Below are positions 63,407 to 64,000 of a stretch of 64,000 nt of DNA, one piece after another. The notes under the pieces are model-generated. The model ran no database searches and had not been told where the DNA came from. It saw only the letters and a program-made list of their open reading frames with translations. The DNA is taken from the IMG/VR virus record IMGVR_UViG_3300033181_000072, positions 4,279-68,278 of that record, one strand, 5' to 3'. Position numbers and translations under genes: made by a program. The stretch's first letter is position 1; each line of letters starts with the position of its first letter. This DNA is from a virus.

Positions 63407-64000
63407 TGGAGAATGTGGAGGATGTTCAAGTAAGCATTGGCCATAGGACGATCGCAGACCTTGTGCGTGAAACGCTAAGCGATGATACCGGTACCAAAGC
63501 GTATCTGCGTCAGTGGTGGCTGACGACGGCCATCGAATCCCTGATCGCTGCCAGGCATCGGGCCGGATTGAGCCAGGACAAGTTGGCCCAGTTGCTTGGC
63601 ACACAGCAGTCCGTGGTTGCTCGTATGGAGAAAGATGACGACGGGCGAATGTCCCTTCACCGCTTTATCGATTATGCACTAGCGTGCGGAGAAATACCCT
63701 TCGATGTTCAACTGATCGACGTGCAGCGGATGAGTGCCTATGCAAAGATGGCACCGGATGCGGCGCGAACCGTCACCACCTTTTCAAATCACGTGTACGC
63801 CCTTGCCAACGCGGTTGCGTTCGGGCCCACCACATCCCAGCAGCCAGCGACGAACCAGGGGGTATCAGCCCCGTGGTTCCTATCTCCGCAGGGCAAACGT
63901 GAGGCGGAGTCACTGGGACAAGGGACGCCAGTGCAGCCGGTGGGTGATACCAGGATCGACCAAAGACCGCGCGACTATGATTCTGCTCGTTTGTTGGGAG
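63406..64000 (+). CDS. HigA-like XRE HTH antitoxin (3' partial; not in ORF track)
   Basis: Translated manually: LIAARHRAGLSQDKLAQLLGTQQSVVARME; start overlaps toxin stop; open to window end. Confidence 0.75.
   Translation, partial: MENVEDVQVSIGHRTIADLVRETLSDDTGTKAYLRQWWLTTAIESLIAARHRAGLSQDKLAQLLGTQQSVVARMEKDDDGRMSLHRFIDYALACGEIPFDVQLIDVQRMSAYAKMAPDAARTVTTFSNHVYALANAVAFGPTTSQQPATNQGVSAPWFLSPQGKREAESLGQGTPVQPVGDTRIDQRPRDYDSARLLG

Larger units (their letters stand above)
6420..64000. mobile_element. Siphovirus-type temperate prophage, right end (integrase/att) outside window
   Basis: Complete ordered set of lysis, tail, head, packaging, replication, early and immunity modules. Confidence 0.95.

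Overview
The window has two mobile elements back to back. (1) Positions 1-4405 (+) are the end of a conjugative/mobilisable module: the C-terminus of a VirB4-like ATPase, three coupled hypothetical genes, an oriT-like inverted repeat, MobC, a short MOBP-type relaxase and a VirD4 coupling protein. A HEPN-like gene and a lipoprotein follow. (2) From about 6420 to the window end lies a near-complete siphovirus-type prophage of at least 57 kb. It is transcribed mostly on the - strand: early, recombination and replication genes (57139 to 42000), late activator, terminases, portal, protease, capsid, neck, tail (with a -1 frameshift chaperone and a 1723-aa tape measure), several receptor-binding or fibre genes, then a lysis region with a patatin, a secreted nuclease, a two-domain lysin and holin-like genes. 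The + strand immunity arm (57277 onward) has an XRE repressor, an ImmA/IrrE protease, an accessory array of secreted and membrane proteins, and a RelE-HTH toxin-antitoxin pair. No integrase, att site, tRNA, rRNA or CRISPR array was found in the window. The GC-rich host is unknown; the secreted-protein domain at 59089 and 61826 is reminiscent of Chloroflexota (inference only). Two signals stand out. First, a conserved 40-bp hairpin-plus-Shine-Dalgarno element precedes successive accessory gene cassettes (58251-62741). Second, HNH endonuclease cassettes have inserted inside host genes while bringing a recoded replacement of the interrupted gene end, leaving the original end orphaned (46000-47107 and 51280-52211). 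Product calls come from recognising motifs by eye, not from database searches.
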